NCBI GenBank assembly: GCA_036848375.1
Contig: DAIUKG010000006.1
Location: 44,941 to 108,940 of the forward strand
Direction: 5' to 3'
DNA length: 64,000 bases
From: Spirochaetota bacterium
GTDB lineage: Bacteria; Spirochaetota; UBA4802; UBA5550
Of this stretch, positions 28,328 to 42,858 are shown one piece after another; position 1 is the first letter of the stretch, and each line of letters begins with the position of its first letter. A program made the translations under genes and the position numbers. A model generated the notes under the pieces. It did no database searches. It was not told the origin of the DNA and was given only the letters and a program-made list of their open reading frames with translations.

Positions 28328-30907
28328 TTACGTTGCCCAGGTGATCATCAGGTCAGGATCAAACTTTCTGGGAAGCAATTCACTCCTTGGCAGCACCCTT
28401 ACCGTGAAGCCGAACTGTCCGGCCCTCAGGCACAGCATCTGCCCTTCATAGATATAGATCCCGTCTTTATCTTTCGAAATATATCTCATGGGCATGGCAA
28501 CGCCCTCGACAATCTGCTGGTACTGGTTCAGTGAACCGAAATATAGTTCCACGCTGACATCATCAGGCTTGAAATCACCCAGCACGACTTCAGTCCTGAC
28601 AATAACACGGGACCCGACGGTAATTTCCTGTTTCTCATCAAAGATAATATTTTTAACAAGAACATTCCCCCATTTGTCGCACACCCGTTCTTTCCATTTT
28701 GTGTGGACCTTTATCTTTTCGTAGCTGTTTTCCTTAAACGCCATATAGTTTTTATGCGCTTTCTTGTAATACTTCTCCGTGTAGTCCTTGACCATCCTGT
28801 TCGTGTTAAATTCGGGATTCAACGACTTCATCGATTCGCGGATCAGGCCGAGCCACTCCCTGGGAAGCCCGTCAACACCCCGGTTGTAAAATATGGCCTT
28901 GACTTCCTTTTCAAGGATGTTATAAAGCGAAAAACTCTCGACATCATCCTGATAGGCGAGGTCAGTGTATTCCTCTCCCTTTCCTATGGCCCATCCGTTT
29001 TTTGAATTGTACGCCTCGTCCCACCATCCATCCAGCACGCTGATATTGAGACCGCCATTGGGGATTACCTTCATCCCGCTGGTTCCCGATGCCTCTTTGG
29101 GGCGTATGGGAGTGTTGAGCCAGACGTCAACCCCCTGAACCAGGTAGCGCGCAATATTTATGTTGTAGTCTTCGATAAAAACAATTTTATTCCTGAACCG
29201 ATCGTCATTGGTTATGTGGATGATTTGCTTTATCAGCTCTTTTCCCATGTTATCGCGCGGGTGGGCCTTGCCGGCAAAGATGATCTGCATCGGCCTTTCC
29301 CGGTCATGCAGAAGTTCTTTGAGCTTTTCGATATCGCGAAGAATCAGGTTCGCGCGCTTATACGTCGCGAAGCGCCTGGCAAAACCGATAGTCAGTGTAT
29401 CAGGATGAAGCACGGAATTCGCCTGCTCGGCCTCTTTCGGTGAAGCGCCGCGCGCCAGGAGCTGCTCTTTAAGCTTGCGCCGCGCGAATGCCACCAGCCG
29501 CTCTCTCAAACGCTCCCTGCACCGCCAGAGTTCCGAATCAGGAATCGCGTCAATGTTTTTCCAGATTGTGTTGTCACCGGGATTATCAATCCATCTCGGG
29601 CCAAGATACCGGTTGAAGAGGCGCATCATTTCATCCGATGTCCAGGACAGGGTCTGTACCCCGTTGGTGATATTGCCGATGGGGACCTCATGAACCGGAA
29701 GCGATGTCCAGATATTTTTCCACATGTTTTTCGAAACCTGGCCATGCAGTTTAGAAACGCCATTGCAGCCTGCGGATGTTTTGATGGCCAGCACCGTCAT
29801 GCAGAAGGGTTCTTTCCTGTCAGCAGGATTTTCCCTTCCCAGCGCGAGAAACTCATCCTCGCTCAGCCCGAGTTTTATATGGTAATTGTGAAAATATTTC
29901 TGAATGAGTTCCTGGCCAAAGCGATCATTCCCCGCAGGGACAGGCGTATGTGTCGTAAACACGTTGCTCGCCGTGACAAAATTCATTGCTTCTTTAAATG
30001 AAAGGCCTTCATTATGCATCATCTCCCTGATCCTTTCAAGCGCAAGAAACGCGGCATGCCCCTCGTTCATGTGAAACACCGTGATGTTTTTTTTCAACGT
30101 GCGCAGAGCCCGGAGGCCGCCTATCCCCAGGATCATTTCCTGTTTTATCCGCATTTCATTGTCACCGCCGTAAAGCTGGTCGGTGATGCTTTTATCCTCG
30201 TCACTGTTGCGGTCAATATTGGTGTCGAGAAGGTACAGGGAAATTTTCCCGACCTTGACTTCCCATATCTGCATGAATACATCCTTTCCGGGAAATTCGA
30301 CACTGACCTGCACCGGCTCCCCTTTGTCATCAAGAACAAGCGATGCGGGGATGTTATGAAAATCGGTTTCAGGAAAACGTTCGTTCTGCCATCCGTCAAG
30401 ATTCAGGTACTGCTGAAAATAACCAAGACGGTAAAGCAACCCGATGCCGGTAAAAGGGAGCCCCAACTCACTGGACGATTTAAGGTGGTCTCCGGCGAGC
30501 ACTCCCAGGCCTCCAGAATATATCGGGAGACATTCGTGTATGCCGAATTCCGCCGAAAAATAGGCGATCCCGGCATCTGCCACTTCCTTCATGTTTTCAT
30601 CATACCAGGTTTTTCTGGTCAGATGCCAGTCAAGTTCTTCTTCAACACGTTGCATATGGGCAATGAAGCTTTCTGATTCTGAAGCTTCATCCAGACTTTT
30701 CTGTGAAATGGCACCAAGTAATTTTAAAGGATTCTGATGAGTCTCGCGCCACAGCTCAACGTCAAGCCGCCTGAAAAGTTCAATTGCCTCAAAATTCCAT
30801 ACCCACCACATGTTCTTTACTATCTTCATGAGCGGTTTTAATTTATCTGGAAGGTAGGGCACAACTTTAAATCTTTTTATTTTTGTCATCAGTTCCTCTT
30901 TTACCAA
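28328..30907 (-). CDS. glgP: alpha-glucan (glycogen/maltodextrin) phosphorylase, GT35 with N-terminal DUF3417
   Basis: 859 aa. GISQKSLDEASE... Pyridoxal-phosphate Lys region ...TSGMKVIPNGGLNISVLDGWW... Confidence 0.85.
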   Translation of the reverse strand: MVKEELMTKIKRFKVVPYLPDKLKPLMKIVKNMWWVWNFEAIELFRRLDVELWRETHQNPLKLLGAISQKSLDEASESESFIAHMQRVEEELDWHLTRKTWYDENMKEVADAGIAYFSAEFGIHECLPIYSGGLGVLAGDHLKSSSELGLPFTGIGLLYRLGYFQQYLNLDGWQNERFPETDFHNIPASLVLDDKGEPVQVSVEFPGKDVFMQIWEVKVGKISLYLLDTNIDRNSDEDKSITDQLYGGDNEMRIKQEMILGIGGLRALRTLKKNITVFHMNEGHAAFLALERIREMMHNEGLSFKEAMNFVTASNVFTTHTPVPAGNDRFGQELIQKYFHNYHIKLGLSEDEFLALGRENPADRKEPFCMTVLAIKTSAGCNGVSKLHGQVSKNMWKNIWTSLPVHEVPIGNITNGVQTLSWTSDEMMRLFNRYLGPRWIDNPGDNTIWKNIDAIPDSELWRCRERLRERLVAFARRKLKEQLLARGASPKEAEQANSVLHPDTLTIGFARRFATYKRANLILRDIEKLKELLHDRERPMQIIFAGKAHPRDNMGKELIKQIIHITNDDRFRNKIVFIEDYNINIARYLVQGVDVWLNTPIRPKEASGTSGMKVIPNGGLNISVLDGWWDEAYNSKNGWAIGKGEEYTDLAYQDDVESFSLYNILEKEVKAIFYNRGVDGLPREWLGLIRESMKSLNPEFNTNRMVKDYTEKYYKKAHKNYMAFKENSYEKIKVHTKWKERVCDKWGNVLVKNIIFDEKQEITVGSRVIVRTEVVLGDFKPDDVSVELYFGSLNQYQQIVEGVAMPMRYISKDKDGIYIYEGQMLCLRAGQFGFTVRVLPRSELLPRKFDPDLMITWAT

Positions 30908-30940
30908 TAGTTATTGAAGCAATAATTGAAAGAAATGTTT

Positions 30941-32860
30941 CTATCCCTGGACCGGAAGATAAACATGAAATGTTGATCCTGATCCAGGCTCGGACTTGAC
31001 ATCAATATATCCGCGATGTCTTTTAATTATGGCATAGCTGGTCGCCAGCCCCATGCCGCTGGCAAATTCTTTGGTTGAAAAATACGGGTCAAATATATTT
31101 TCAATAATATCTGAAGAAATACCGGGACCGTTATCAGATATGCTGATAACGACATAATTCCCCGGCTGCAGGGTAATTTCATGGTGAGATTCTTCCTCAT
31201 ATATTTTCACGTTTTTGGCAGCAATTGTAATATAACCGTCATTATTGACCGCTTCTATTGCATTATTGATGATATGCTCAATGACATGACTTATCTGTAT
31301 CTCGTCAATTTCAACTTCCCAGAGATCATCGGGAATTGAAAACTCAAATCCCCCTTTATATTTATACAAAACCGAATCCGCCGTTTCCCTAATAAAAAAC
31401 GTCATCGGGATTAATTTTTTAATTGGTCTGCCGCCTTTGGAAAAATTACTCAGCCTTTTTGTGAGCTCCATCACCTTGAGGGAAGCCTTTTCCGCATCAT
31501 TTAAAATATCTGTGAGGCTCTGATTTTCCTCTGACTCCATTTTAGCCAGAGAAATGTTTCCCATGATAGCGGTCAGAGCATTATTATAATCATGTGCTAT
31601 GCCCCCGGCAAGTATCCCTATTGCCTCAAGTTTTCTGGCCCTGAGCAGTTCCTGCTCAATTTTCAATTTATCAGTCGAATCACGAACTATTCCCCGAAAA
31701 CCGGTTGAGCGTCCATTGAAGTCCTTTATGAGTGAGACGGATCCTTCAACATTTCTCCTTTTGCCGTCTTTCCGTATTATAATCCAGTTAAGCAGTTTAG
31801 CCTGGTCACCCGTACTGTATACCTCATGAAAAGTTTTATAAATTCTTTCAACATCGATCTTATCAAAAAGTTTGCGGTAATTATTGCCAATAATATCACC
31901 ATACTGGTAGCCAACCATATCACAGAAGGATTTATTGACAAAAACGAAATCACCCTCCAGGCCAACTTCATAATATCCATCTTCAAGGCTGTTCAATATT
32001 GAAACCCATTTTTCCTTGCTTTCAAAGAGCTCAAGCTCTATGTGCCTCTTCTTCGTGATATCACGCGCTATGCCCTGGGTGCCAATAAAAAAACTGGTAT
32101 CATTATCGCAGCTTATATATATACCCTCGGAATTTATCAAAAAAATCTGATCTCCCTCGATATCGCTGTCCTCAAATTCAAATGCGACCGCTTTTTTCTT
32201 ATTGGTCAGGAGCCTGATCTCGAATAATCGTGTTTTCCTCGGACCTGTCCTCCTTTCATTGATCCGGTACCGGGCTTTTTCCCTGTCTTCAGGATGTATC
32301 AGGTCCAGAATACTGGTGCCGACCAACTCATCGGGATGATAACCATATTCAATTATCGCGTTATTGATAAAAGTAATTGTTCCCTTGGGATCAACCCGGT
32401 AAACAATATCTGGAATGGTATCTACAATTGAAGAAAGCTTTTTCTGTGAGCGCCGCAAATCGATTTCACACTGCTTATGATCAGAGATGTTTCTCAGAAC
32501 AAAAAGATAACCGGTTATCTTATTCAGCTCCTGCTGGGGGAAAACATCAGCCAGCACCCAGCCTGTTGATTCATTGATATTTTCAACCTGTATTTCCTGA
32601 TTTTTCAGGAATTCCCCTGACAGGGCTTTTTGAAAGAGATCTTTACAGATTGAATTGATTTCGGCTATATTCTTTCCGACCAGTTCATCCGTATCTTCAT
32701 TCGCATATAACGATAGAAATATCTCCGAAGCACTTGAATTGGCGTATATTATTTTTCCTTCAATATCACAGTTGCATATAGCGATATTAACTGAATTCAA
32801 TGCATTATCTAGAGTATGGAAATAACTGTCCCCCCATTTTTTTTTATCTCTTTCAGGCAT
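30941..32860 (-). CDS. cytoplasmic multi-PAS sensor histidine kinase
   Basis: No TM segment. Several PAS blocks. H-box HDYNNALTAIMGNISLA. HATPase_c with G-boxes (DNGPGI, GMGLATSY). Confidence 0.8.
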   Translation of the reverse strand: MPERDKKKWGDSYFHTLDNALNSVNIAICNCDIEGKIIYANSSASEIFLSLYANEDTDELVGKNIAEINSICKDLFQKALSGEFLKNQEIQVENINESTGWVLADVFPQQELNKITGYLFVLRNISDHKQCEIDLRRSQKKLSSIVDTIPDIVYRVDPKGTITFINNAIIEYGYHPDELVGTSILDLIHPEDREKARYRINERRTGPRKTRLFEIRLLTNKKKAVAFEFEDSDIEGDQIFLINSEGIYISCDNDTSFFIGTQGIARDITKKRHIELELFESKEKWVSILNSLEDGYYEVGLEGDFVFVNKSFCDMVGYQYGDIIGNNYRKLFDKIDVERIYKTFHEVYSTGDQAKLLNWIIIRKDGKRRNVEGSVSLIKDFNGRSTGFRGIVRDSTDKLKIEQELLRARKLEAIGILAGGIAHDYNNALTAIMGNISLAKMESEENQSLTDILNDAEKASLKVMELTKRLSNFSKGGRPIKKLIPMTFFIRETADSVLYKYKGGFEFSIPDDLWEVEIDEIQISHVIEHIINNAIEAVNNDGYITIAAKNVKIYEEESHHEITLQPGNYVVISISDNGPGISSDIIENIFDPYFSTKEFASGMGLATSYAIIKRHRGYIDVKSEPGSGSTFHVYLPVQG

Positions 32861-33018
32861 TCCTGTCTCCTATTTAGATTACCACAAGTGCATTTTCACG
32901 GGTATTCCACATACTTTTTCACGTAAAAAAACATGTCTATATAGTATAGTAAAATTTTTGCAAAAAAGTCCAGCACTATATAATGCTGAACATAATAATA
33001 TGCGGATGAATTTTAATA

Positions 33019-33831
33019 TCAATTATTTTTTATGCCTGCGTGAGTAATATCTCCGGTGCAAAGTCTGAAACCATAAAAAGGGCTCCGTGCAGTCGGACAG
33101 CGCCTGAAACGATATTCTTTTATTTTTTGCGTTTCAGTGCTCATCAACGAGCCCCCTCTCAAAACCCGGTAGACATTTCCAAAGTCCTTATTGGGATATC
33201 CTCCAGGATAACCGTCATACCAGTCGGAAGTCCATTCCCAGACAAGGCCTGCTGGAGTGATCAGGCTGTTTTTCGTGCAGATTCGTTTAAGCGCAGTGAA
33301 ATACTCCTCCACCGTTAGTGCAGATACGCCCTTTGGAGAAGGAATTTTTTCAAAAACTGATGCAAAAATCTCCCACTCAGATTCCGCTGGAAGTCTGAAT
33401 CCGGTCCCGTGAACCCCGGTGATCCACTGGCAGTATGCATACGCATCATTCCAGCTGACCTGTAATACCGGCAACACTTCTTCATTATCACGGTAGTCAT
33501 CATCCAGAAAACTCTTAAACGGATTTTCCCATGTAAGGCCTTCAATTTTTTTCCATCCATTAATCCACGTCCATCCCCACCCTTCTTTTTCAGCGTCAGT
33601 GATATAATTCGTCGCGTTCATAAAATCCCTGAATTCTTTCAGCGAAACAGTTTTTTTTGCTATATAAAATTCCTGTTGTTCTATTTTCCGCGAAGGATAA
33701 GAGGCGTAGACATAATCACTTTTCAATTGATCATCACCTGTTTCAAGGATCTTCATCACAGCTTTGTCGTCTAGTCCGATGGTATATTTCCCGGACGGGA
33801 CATGAATATAGTTGTCATGAATGAATGGCAT
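33019..33831 (-). CDS. formylglycine-generating-enzyme (SUMF1/FGE) family protein
   Basis: WEWT.DWY... and RVLRGGSLMS motifs typical of the FGE-sulfatase fold. 270 aa. Confidence 0.7.
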   Translation of the reverse strand: MPFIHDNYIHVPSGKYTIGLDDKAVMKILETGDDQLKSDYVYASYPSRKIEQQEFYIAKKTVSLKEFRDFMNATNYITDAEKEGWGWTWINGWKKIEGLTWENPFKSFLDDDYRDNEEVLPVLQVSWNDAYAYCQWITGVHGTGFRLPAESEWEIFASVFEKIPSPKGVSALTVEEYFTALKRICTKNSLITPAGLVWEWTSDWYDGYPGGYPNKDFGNVYRVLRGGSLMSTETQKIKEYRFRRCPTARSPFYGFRLCTGDITHAGIKNN

Positions 33832-33867
33832 AATTATTTTTTCTCAACAGAAGAGGACCGGCAATTA

Positions 33868-35910
33868 TTAATCAATCGCGTCCATAAGACTATAAACGCT
33901 GTTTCCGTCTTCAGGATATTCGGCGGTTAAAAATGTCAGGAGGAGTTGTATTTCTTTTTTCTTGAAGCTTTGAACAATTTCATTTCTAATTGCGTTTGCG
34001 AGGGGGACGGCAAATTTTTTATCTTTCCCTGGAAGGACTATTAATATTTTGTGCCTGTCATACCTGACAGAAAAATCCCCATCAGAAAGCCTGCTTCTGA
34101 TAATTTTTTCAAAATGATCAAGCAGCTTCCTCGCCTCATCAATACCATAGAGATTATAATAACGCTTGTAATTTTTTATTGAAAAAAGAACAAGGGTCAA
34201 GGGAATATTGATATTCTTTGCGTTTGTGATTTCATCTTCAATTTTTTTATAGATCAATTCAACATTATCAATATATTTTTTCTTTTTCAGGTTTAGAGTT
34301 TCCATGCTTATGATCAGGGGAAATATCATTTCCGAAATTTTTTTTACTTTTATATCGATTTCATCCAGACGTTCATAGTCGGCTATTTTATTTATCATAA
34401 TAAATCCGGGGATTTCTCTGCCAAAACGAAAGGGATAGAGCCGTAACAGTAAAAAATGTGCGATCTGATTTTCATTGAAAACTTCTGAAATTAGCCGTGA
34501 ATGATTGATATTCTCAATTTTTAAGGGAACATCGCCTTCCTGCAAAAAGCTGATAAAATTTGATTTCGCTTTTATTCCGAAATCAAGTTCTCCATACAGA
34601 AGATAATCTTCCTTTTCATAAATCAAAGGAACATAACGGTCAAAATTTGTCGATCTGATATATACTCCGAAGCACTCGACCCCGAGACTCCTGAACTCGT
34701 TTTGAATTATCTCTCTGACTGTTTTTGCCTCTGGACTCAAATTGATTTGTGCGATTACCCGGTCAAGGTCTTTGGTATAACTGATATACTTTTCCAGCGT
34801 ATCATTGTCTTTCAAATCCTTTGCCTGTTTAAGAAGGAACATCAGATGAAACGCAGAGAACTCGGCAACAGCATAAAGATAATCCTGTTCCTCTTCACTG
34901 AAATTCTCAGCGGTAATTTTATCTCCGACCGTGATAATCGCAACTACTTCATCTCCCGAATGGAGAGGCACAAGAAGGCGAGCATCTATTGATATATATT
35001 TGTAAAACTCCTCAATAAATCTGTCGTCATCTTTAAAATCCTCGATATCGATTATCTGTTTTTCCCGTAAAACCTGAGAAAGGATAGCGCTGTATGATGT
35101 CAGATCGATGTCTTTATCTTCAATTATAATGCCCTTTGATTCTGCGATATACCATTTTCCCGGTTTGTTCGACTCTTGAAGAAGCAATGCTGATGATGAA
35201 ACACCAATCTGACCCATAATCAGAAAAGAAAGGACATCGAAAAAAGATTCAACAGTCGTCGTTTTCTCAATTTCTTTACAATTCTCATACAGTGCCATAT
35301 AATCGGAATACACACCCTTGAAATAACTCTGATATGCTTTATCATCTGCGTTTGACTCACCAGAAATTTTTAAGCCTGAATCATCCATTACGCCAAAATC
35401 CGAATGAATATCAGTATCAAAATCATCAAATTCTAAATTTTTAAAATCATCATCGCTTTTAACCGGTGACTCGTCTTCCACCCCGGTCAAATCAGCTTTA
35501 TCTGAAAAATGATCGTGTCCCGGAATCTCATGTTTATCTGCGTCAGCCTGTTTACTGATTCCATTTTCTATTTCATCAAGCTCATTTTCTGAGAGAAATA
35601 CAATATCTTCTTCAGAAGTTACGGGCATCTCTCCATCGTTGCTCTGTTCTTTCGAATCAAATTCTGAAAAAGTATCATCGCTTTCTAATGATACCTCTGA
35701 TTTTTTTATGGATTCCTGCTTATGAATGAATTCATCAATTTCAAGCTGATTTGACAGGCGCTCTGTCTTGTCGGAGTTTATGCCTTCCGGTGCCGGCTCA
35801 TCTTTAAGCATTACTGTTTCTGCGGGGCCGATTATCTTATCGATCAGGGTTTCTTTTCCCCGATTGTTTAACTGGTTTTTAAACTGTAAAGCCTTTTCAA
35901 GCAAACCCAT
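33868..35910 (-). CDS. large regulatory protein: acidic disordered N-terminal region, two GAF-like domains, C-terminal degenerate GGDEF-like domain
   Basis: The GGDEF position reads RYDRHKILIVLPG (no GG[DE]EF). Its start overlaps the upstream gene's stop (ATGA overlap at 35910-35915). Confidence 0.5.
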   Translation of the reverse strand: MGLLEKALQFKNQLNNRGKETLIDKIIGPAETVMLKDEPAPEGINSDKTERLSNQLEIDEFIHKQESIKKSEVSLESDDTFSEFDSKEQSNDGEMPVTSEEDIVFLSENELDEIENGISKQADADKHEIPGHDHFSDKADLTGVEDESPVKSDDDFKNLEFDDFDTDIHSDFGVMDDSGLKISGESNADDKAYQSYFKGVYSDYMALYENCKEIEKTTTVESFFDVLSFLIMGQIGVSSSALLLQESNKPGKWYIAESKGIIIEDKDIDLTSYSAILSQVLREKQIIDIEDFKDDDRFIEEFYKYISIDARLLVPLHSGDEVVAIITVGDKITAENFSEEEQDYLYAVAEFSAFHLMFLLKQAKDLKDNDTLEKYISYTKDLDRVIAQINLSPEAKTVREIIQNEFRSLGVECFGVYIRSTNFDRYVPLIYEKEDYLLYGELDFGIKAKSNFISFLQEGDVPLKIENINHSRLISEVFNENQIAHFLLLRLYPFRFGREIPGFIMINKIADYERLDEIDIKVKKISEMIFPLIISMETLNLKKKKYIDNVELIYKKIEDEITNAKNINIPLTLVLFSIKNYKRYYNLYGIDEARKLLDHFEKIIRSRLSDGDFSVRYDRHKILIVLPGKDKKFAVPLANAIRNEIVQSFKKKEIQLLLTFLTAEYPEDGNSVYSLMDAID

Positions 35911-35912
35911 TA

Positions 35913-37736
35913 TTAAACACCTAACTCCGTAAGAACTTTAATGTATAAATCAAAATATTCAGAATTTACAAATTTTCTTAATGTTTCTCTCGGAAGTTTT
36001 TCAAAGAGACCATCAAGATATTTCAGCAATCTTTTAACCTCAACCTGCCGTTTATCAGGAAATTCCCTGACGAACTGGTCAATATCATATTCATCTTCAA
36101 TAATAACAACTCTATCAGTGATATCATAAACTTCATCTATAACTTTAATTTTTTGTGCCCGCTCGCTCCCGGCTGTCTTGATAAAAAGATCCCTGATATC
36201 CTCGACATCTTCTTCAAAAATCAGGGCTGTTGAAGATGATATATCTCTTTCTATTGATTGTCTTTCTTCATCAAGAAGGCTTTCTGGCTCTGGCAGAATA
36301 TAGGTACAATCCTTACTTATTGAGGCTCGTTCTTCACCATCAGCATAATCAGTTTTAAAAAAATCAAATATTTCGTATAGATTTACATCCTTATATTCTT
36401 CATAAAAAAGCTTATCTTCGACCAGTCCAAGTTCATTTGTATTTAAACCAATTAATTCTATAGCGGCAGTTGAGTCTTTTTTGCTTTTAATTCCATAATA
36501 TTCATCAATATATTTAATATAATTTGAATAATCATCCTCTGTAAGCATTGAGTGAATAAATTCAATCTCTTCATCAACATATTTATACTCATCTTCAAAT
36601 TCAAGAAGGAGATCCTCAAAAACCGGAGCAATACCGGTTAAAACATGTGCAACAAGCTCTTTATCATCTTCGATTTCAGCTTCCTGAAGAACTTTTGTTT
36701 TCCCTTCAATAACCTCAACGATATCACTGGTAATCGCTTCAAGCTCATTATCTTCAAATATTTTCTCTGCAACAACATCATCCTTAACTACATAGCTGTC
36801 ATCTATAAAGCGGACATTGTCATATGATTTTTCCAGCTGTGTGAATTTTTCCGGAATTACTTCAACTTTTTTTTCATCAATAACGTCTTCTGGTTTTTCT
36901 TCATTTACTGTTTCTTTTTTATTTATAATTTTTGCAAATTCTTCATCATTGATTTGCTGCGTTTGTTTACTTTCTTTCTTTTCTTTTTTAGAACTGACTT
37001 TTAATTGTTCTTCTTGTAGCTTGTTTTCAAAAAGTTCATTTAAATCCAGTACTTCTTCGCTGGTGATTTCTTCAATTGTATCTTCCCTGGATGGAATAAG
37101 ATTTCGCGCGTCTACCGTTTTTTCCCTGGGTTTGACACTTTCATTCAAATTATCTACAGGAATAAAATCATGATCTCTATCTTCTTTTACTTTAACCGGT
37201 TTGTGCTTACGATCAAAAACGGCAGGCTTCTCGTCTAATCCTTTTCCAACATCCGGTTCACGGGCATCATCATTTACAGGAATTAAATCAAAATCTTCAA
37301 TCCCCTCAATTAAATCTTCTTCATTTAAAAAGAGTATTTCTTCATTTGCTATTTTTTCAGCTTCAAAAAGGTCAATTTTGCCGATTTCAGCAAAATCAAA
37401 ATTTTCAGGCAGCTTTGATTTCAGCAATGTTTTAATTTCACTGCTTGCCTGTTCCAGATTTTCAGAATCGCTCATATTTTGAAGTTCTTTTTCAGGCTTT
37501 ATTTCGTCTTTATCTTTATCTGAAGTAAGTTGAACAGTATAATCATCATCAATGTCTTTAGATAAATGATGTTTTTCCTGAATGCTGGTTATTTCCTCAA
37601 ATTTTCCATCCTGCATGTCATTTTGAAAATCTGGGGTACCAGTACCATGATCAATCCCCTTTGTATCGGCGATTTTTTCCGGGATGTCAGCAATTTCCTC
37701 AAACTGTTGTTCTTTAATTTCTTCCATTATAATCAA
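35913..37736 (-). CDS. 607-aa extremely acidic, low-complexity hypothetical protein
   Basis: Long ORF with Glu/Asp/Lys-rich repeats. No recognisable domain. Co-oriented with and overlapping the next gene. Confidence 0.5.
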   Translation of the reverse strand: MIIMEEIKEQQFEEIADIPEKIADTKGIDHGTGTPDFQNDMQDGKFEEITSIQEKHHLSKDIDDDYTVQLTSDKDKDEIKPEKELQNMSDSENLEQASSEIKTLLKSKLPENFDFAEIGKIDLFEAEKIANEEILFLNEEDLIEGIEDFDLIPVNDDAREPDVGKGLDEKPAVFDRKHKPVKVKEDRDHDFIPVDNLNESVKPREKTVDARNLIPSREDTIEEITSEEVLDLNELFENKLQEEQLKVSSKKEKKESKQTQQINDEEFAKIINKKETVNEEKPEDVIDEKKVEVIPEKFTQLEKSYDNVRFIDDSYVVKDDVVAEKIFEDNELEAITSDIVEVIEGKTKVLQEAEIEDDKELVAHVLTGIAPVFEDLLLEFEDEYKYVDEEIEFIHSMLTEDDYSNYIKYIDEYYGIKSKKDSTAAIELIGLNTNELGLVEDKLFYEEYKDVNLYEIFDFFKTDYADGEERASISKDCTYILPEPESLLDEERQSIERDISSSTALIFEEDVEDIRDLFIKTAGSERAQKIKVIDEVYDITDRVVIIEDEYDIDQFVREFPDKRQVEVKRLLKYLDGLFEKLPRETLRKFVNSEYFDLYIKVLTELGV

Positions 37737-37901
37737 TGTTCTATTACATTACTAATATATATCAATAATAAATCATAAGTATTATATTTTGAGGTTTTGT
37801 TCCATCGATCAATGCATAACTATAATATCAATTAATTATCGGTATTAATCAATTTTAATAATAATTAAAAATACCCGTACCACGAGATGATAATGATCAA
37901 T

Positions 37902-37936
37902 AAAAAAAGGGATGCATATATACTGCATCCCTTTTT
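37902..37936. terminator. intrinsic terminator of the atp operon (GGGATGCA-N7-TGCATCCC flanked by A-run/T-run; works on both strands)
   Basis: Perfect 8-bp stem at 37909-37931 with a 7-nt run on each side, 20 nt downstream of the atpC stop. Confidence 0.6.
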
Positions 37937-37955
37937 GTTTTACTTGTGTAATTAA

Positions 37956-38363
37956 CTATCTGTTTGCGACTTTAAGTCTTACTTTTAATTTCTTTTCTTC
38001 AAGTTGAATAAGAAATTTTTCGTTTGAAAAAGGCTTTGTTTCCTTTTCTTTCAAAACTTCCAGTTCTTTTAATTTCTTCTCTATATCTGCAGAATCCAAT
38101 TCACTCTTTCTATAGGCGTTCTCAGCAATAACGATCATTCGATTTTTGCATATTTCAACAATTCCGCCCTCAATTACAATATATTCTGTTCTATTTTCAT
38201 CTCGCAGTCTTAGTTCTCCGATTCCAAGCTCAGAAACCAGGGGAGCATGGTTATATAGAAATCCCATTTCACCATTATGAGCCTGAACAACCGCAAATCC
38301 AACAGATCCTTCATAAAGGGTTTTTTCAGGTGTCAATATGCTGCAGTCAATCTTTCTAATCAT
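37956..38363 (-). CDS. atpC: F0F1 ATP synthase subunit epsilon
   Basis: 135 aa. It follows atpD at a 2-nt gap in the canonical operon position. Confidence 0.85.
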   Translation of the reverse strand: MIRKIDCSILTPEKTLYEGSVGFAVVQAHNGEMGFLYNHAPLVSELGIGELRLRDENRTEYIVIEGGIVEICKNRMIVIAENAYRKSELDSADIEKKLKELEVLKEKETKPFSNEKFLIQLEEKKLKVRLKVANR

Positions 38364-38365
38364 TG

Positions 38366-39799
<1,434 letters not shown>

Positions 39800-39832
39800 T
39801 TATGAATAATCTCATATGTCTTTTTGTCGATA

Positions 39833-40717
39833 TCAACCCAGAGCAGCAGCACCACCAACGATCTCAGCGATTTCGTTAGTGATCTTCGCCTGTCGCGCTC
39901 TGTTATAACTGATCGTAAGTTCTTTTATCATTTCATCAGATGCATCAGTTGCGTTCTTCATAGCGACGCGCCTGGCAAACTGCTCAGAAAATGCTGATTC
40001 CAAAAAGCAGGAAAATATTTTTACCTTTAAATAAAGAGGTATTAAATATGAAAAGACTCTTCCTACATTCGGTTCATAAATATACTCAGTTACTTCGGTT
40101 TCTTTCACCGGATCTTTCCCAAAATAGGTATCGGCTGAAATTGGAAGTAATCGAATTATCTCAGGTTGTTGAGATGATGAACTGACCACTTTTGTATACG
40201 ATATATATACTTCATGTACTTCACCACTCAAAAAAAGTTCTTCCAACTCGTTACTGATTTTTGCTGTATCTTCTGAACTTAACTTGTCTTCAGGATTTGG
40301 CATTGATTTGTAAAAAGGAAGTTTTATAAACTTAAAGTAGTTTATTCCCTTTTTACCAACAACATAGTTTAATACTTCTTTACCTTCATCAACAAACTTA
40401 TCCCGAAAATTTACCGTATTATCAATAACGTTCGAGTTGAAACTGCCGCAAAGTCCCCGATTACCGGTTATTGAAAGTATCAGAATCCTTGAAGGATCAG
40501 CTACCTCCCGAAAAAGAGGATGTTGCAAAGCGGTAACACCAGTGTTCATGAGATTAGCAATGATCTCGTTGATCTTCAAATTTGCAGGCATCGACATTTC
40601 AAGTCTCTGCTGCATTTTTTTCATCTTTGAAGTAGAAACCATCTCCATCGTGCTGGTTATTTTTCTGGTGTTCTTGATTGAACTTATTCTGTTTTTAATG
40701 TCTCTTTGATTAGCCAC
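39833..40717 (-). CDS. atpG: F0F1 ATP synthase subunit gamma
   Basis: 294 aa. MANQRDIKNRISSIKNTRKITSTMEMVSTSK is a typical gamma N-terminus. Confidence 0.9.
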   Translation of the reverse strand: MANQRDIKNRISSIKNTRKITSTMEMVSTSKMKKMQQRLEMSMPANLKINEIIANLMNTGVTALQHPLFREVADPSRILILSITGNRGLCGSFNSNVIDNTVNFRDKFVDEGKEVLNYVVGKKGINYFKFIKLPFYKSMPNPEDKLSSEDTAKISNELEELFLSGEVHEVYISYTKVVSSSSQQPEIIRLLPISADTYFGKDPVKETEVTEYIYEPNVGRVFSYLIPLYLKVKIFSCFLESAFSEQFARRVAMKNATDASDEMIKELTISYNRARQAKITNEIAEIVGGAAALG

Positions 40718-40738
40718 GACATTTTCCTTTTAACCGTA

Positions 40739-42812
<2,074 letters not shown>

Positions 42813-42858
42813 TTTCTTTAACCCTTATCTTATAATTATAGTTGAAGGACAGTTCAGA

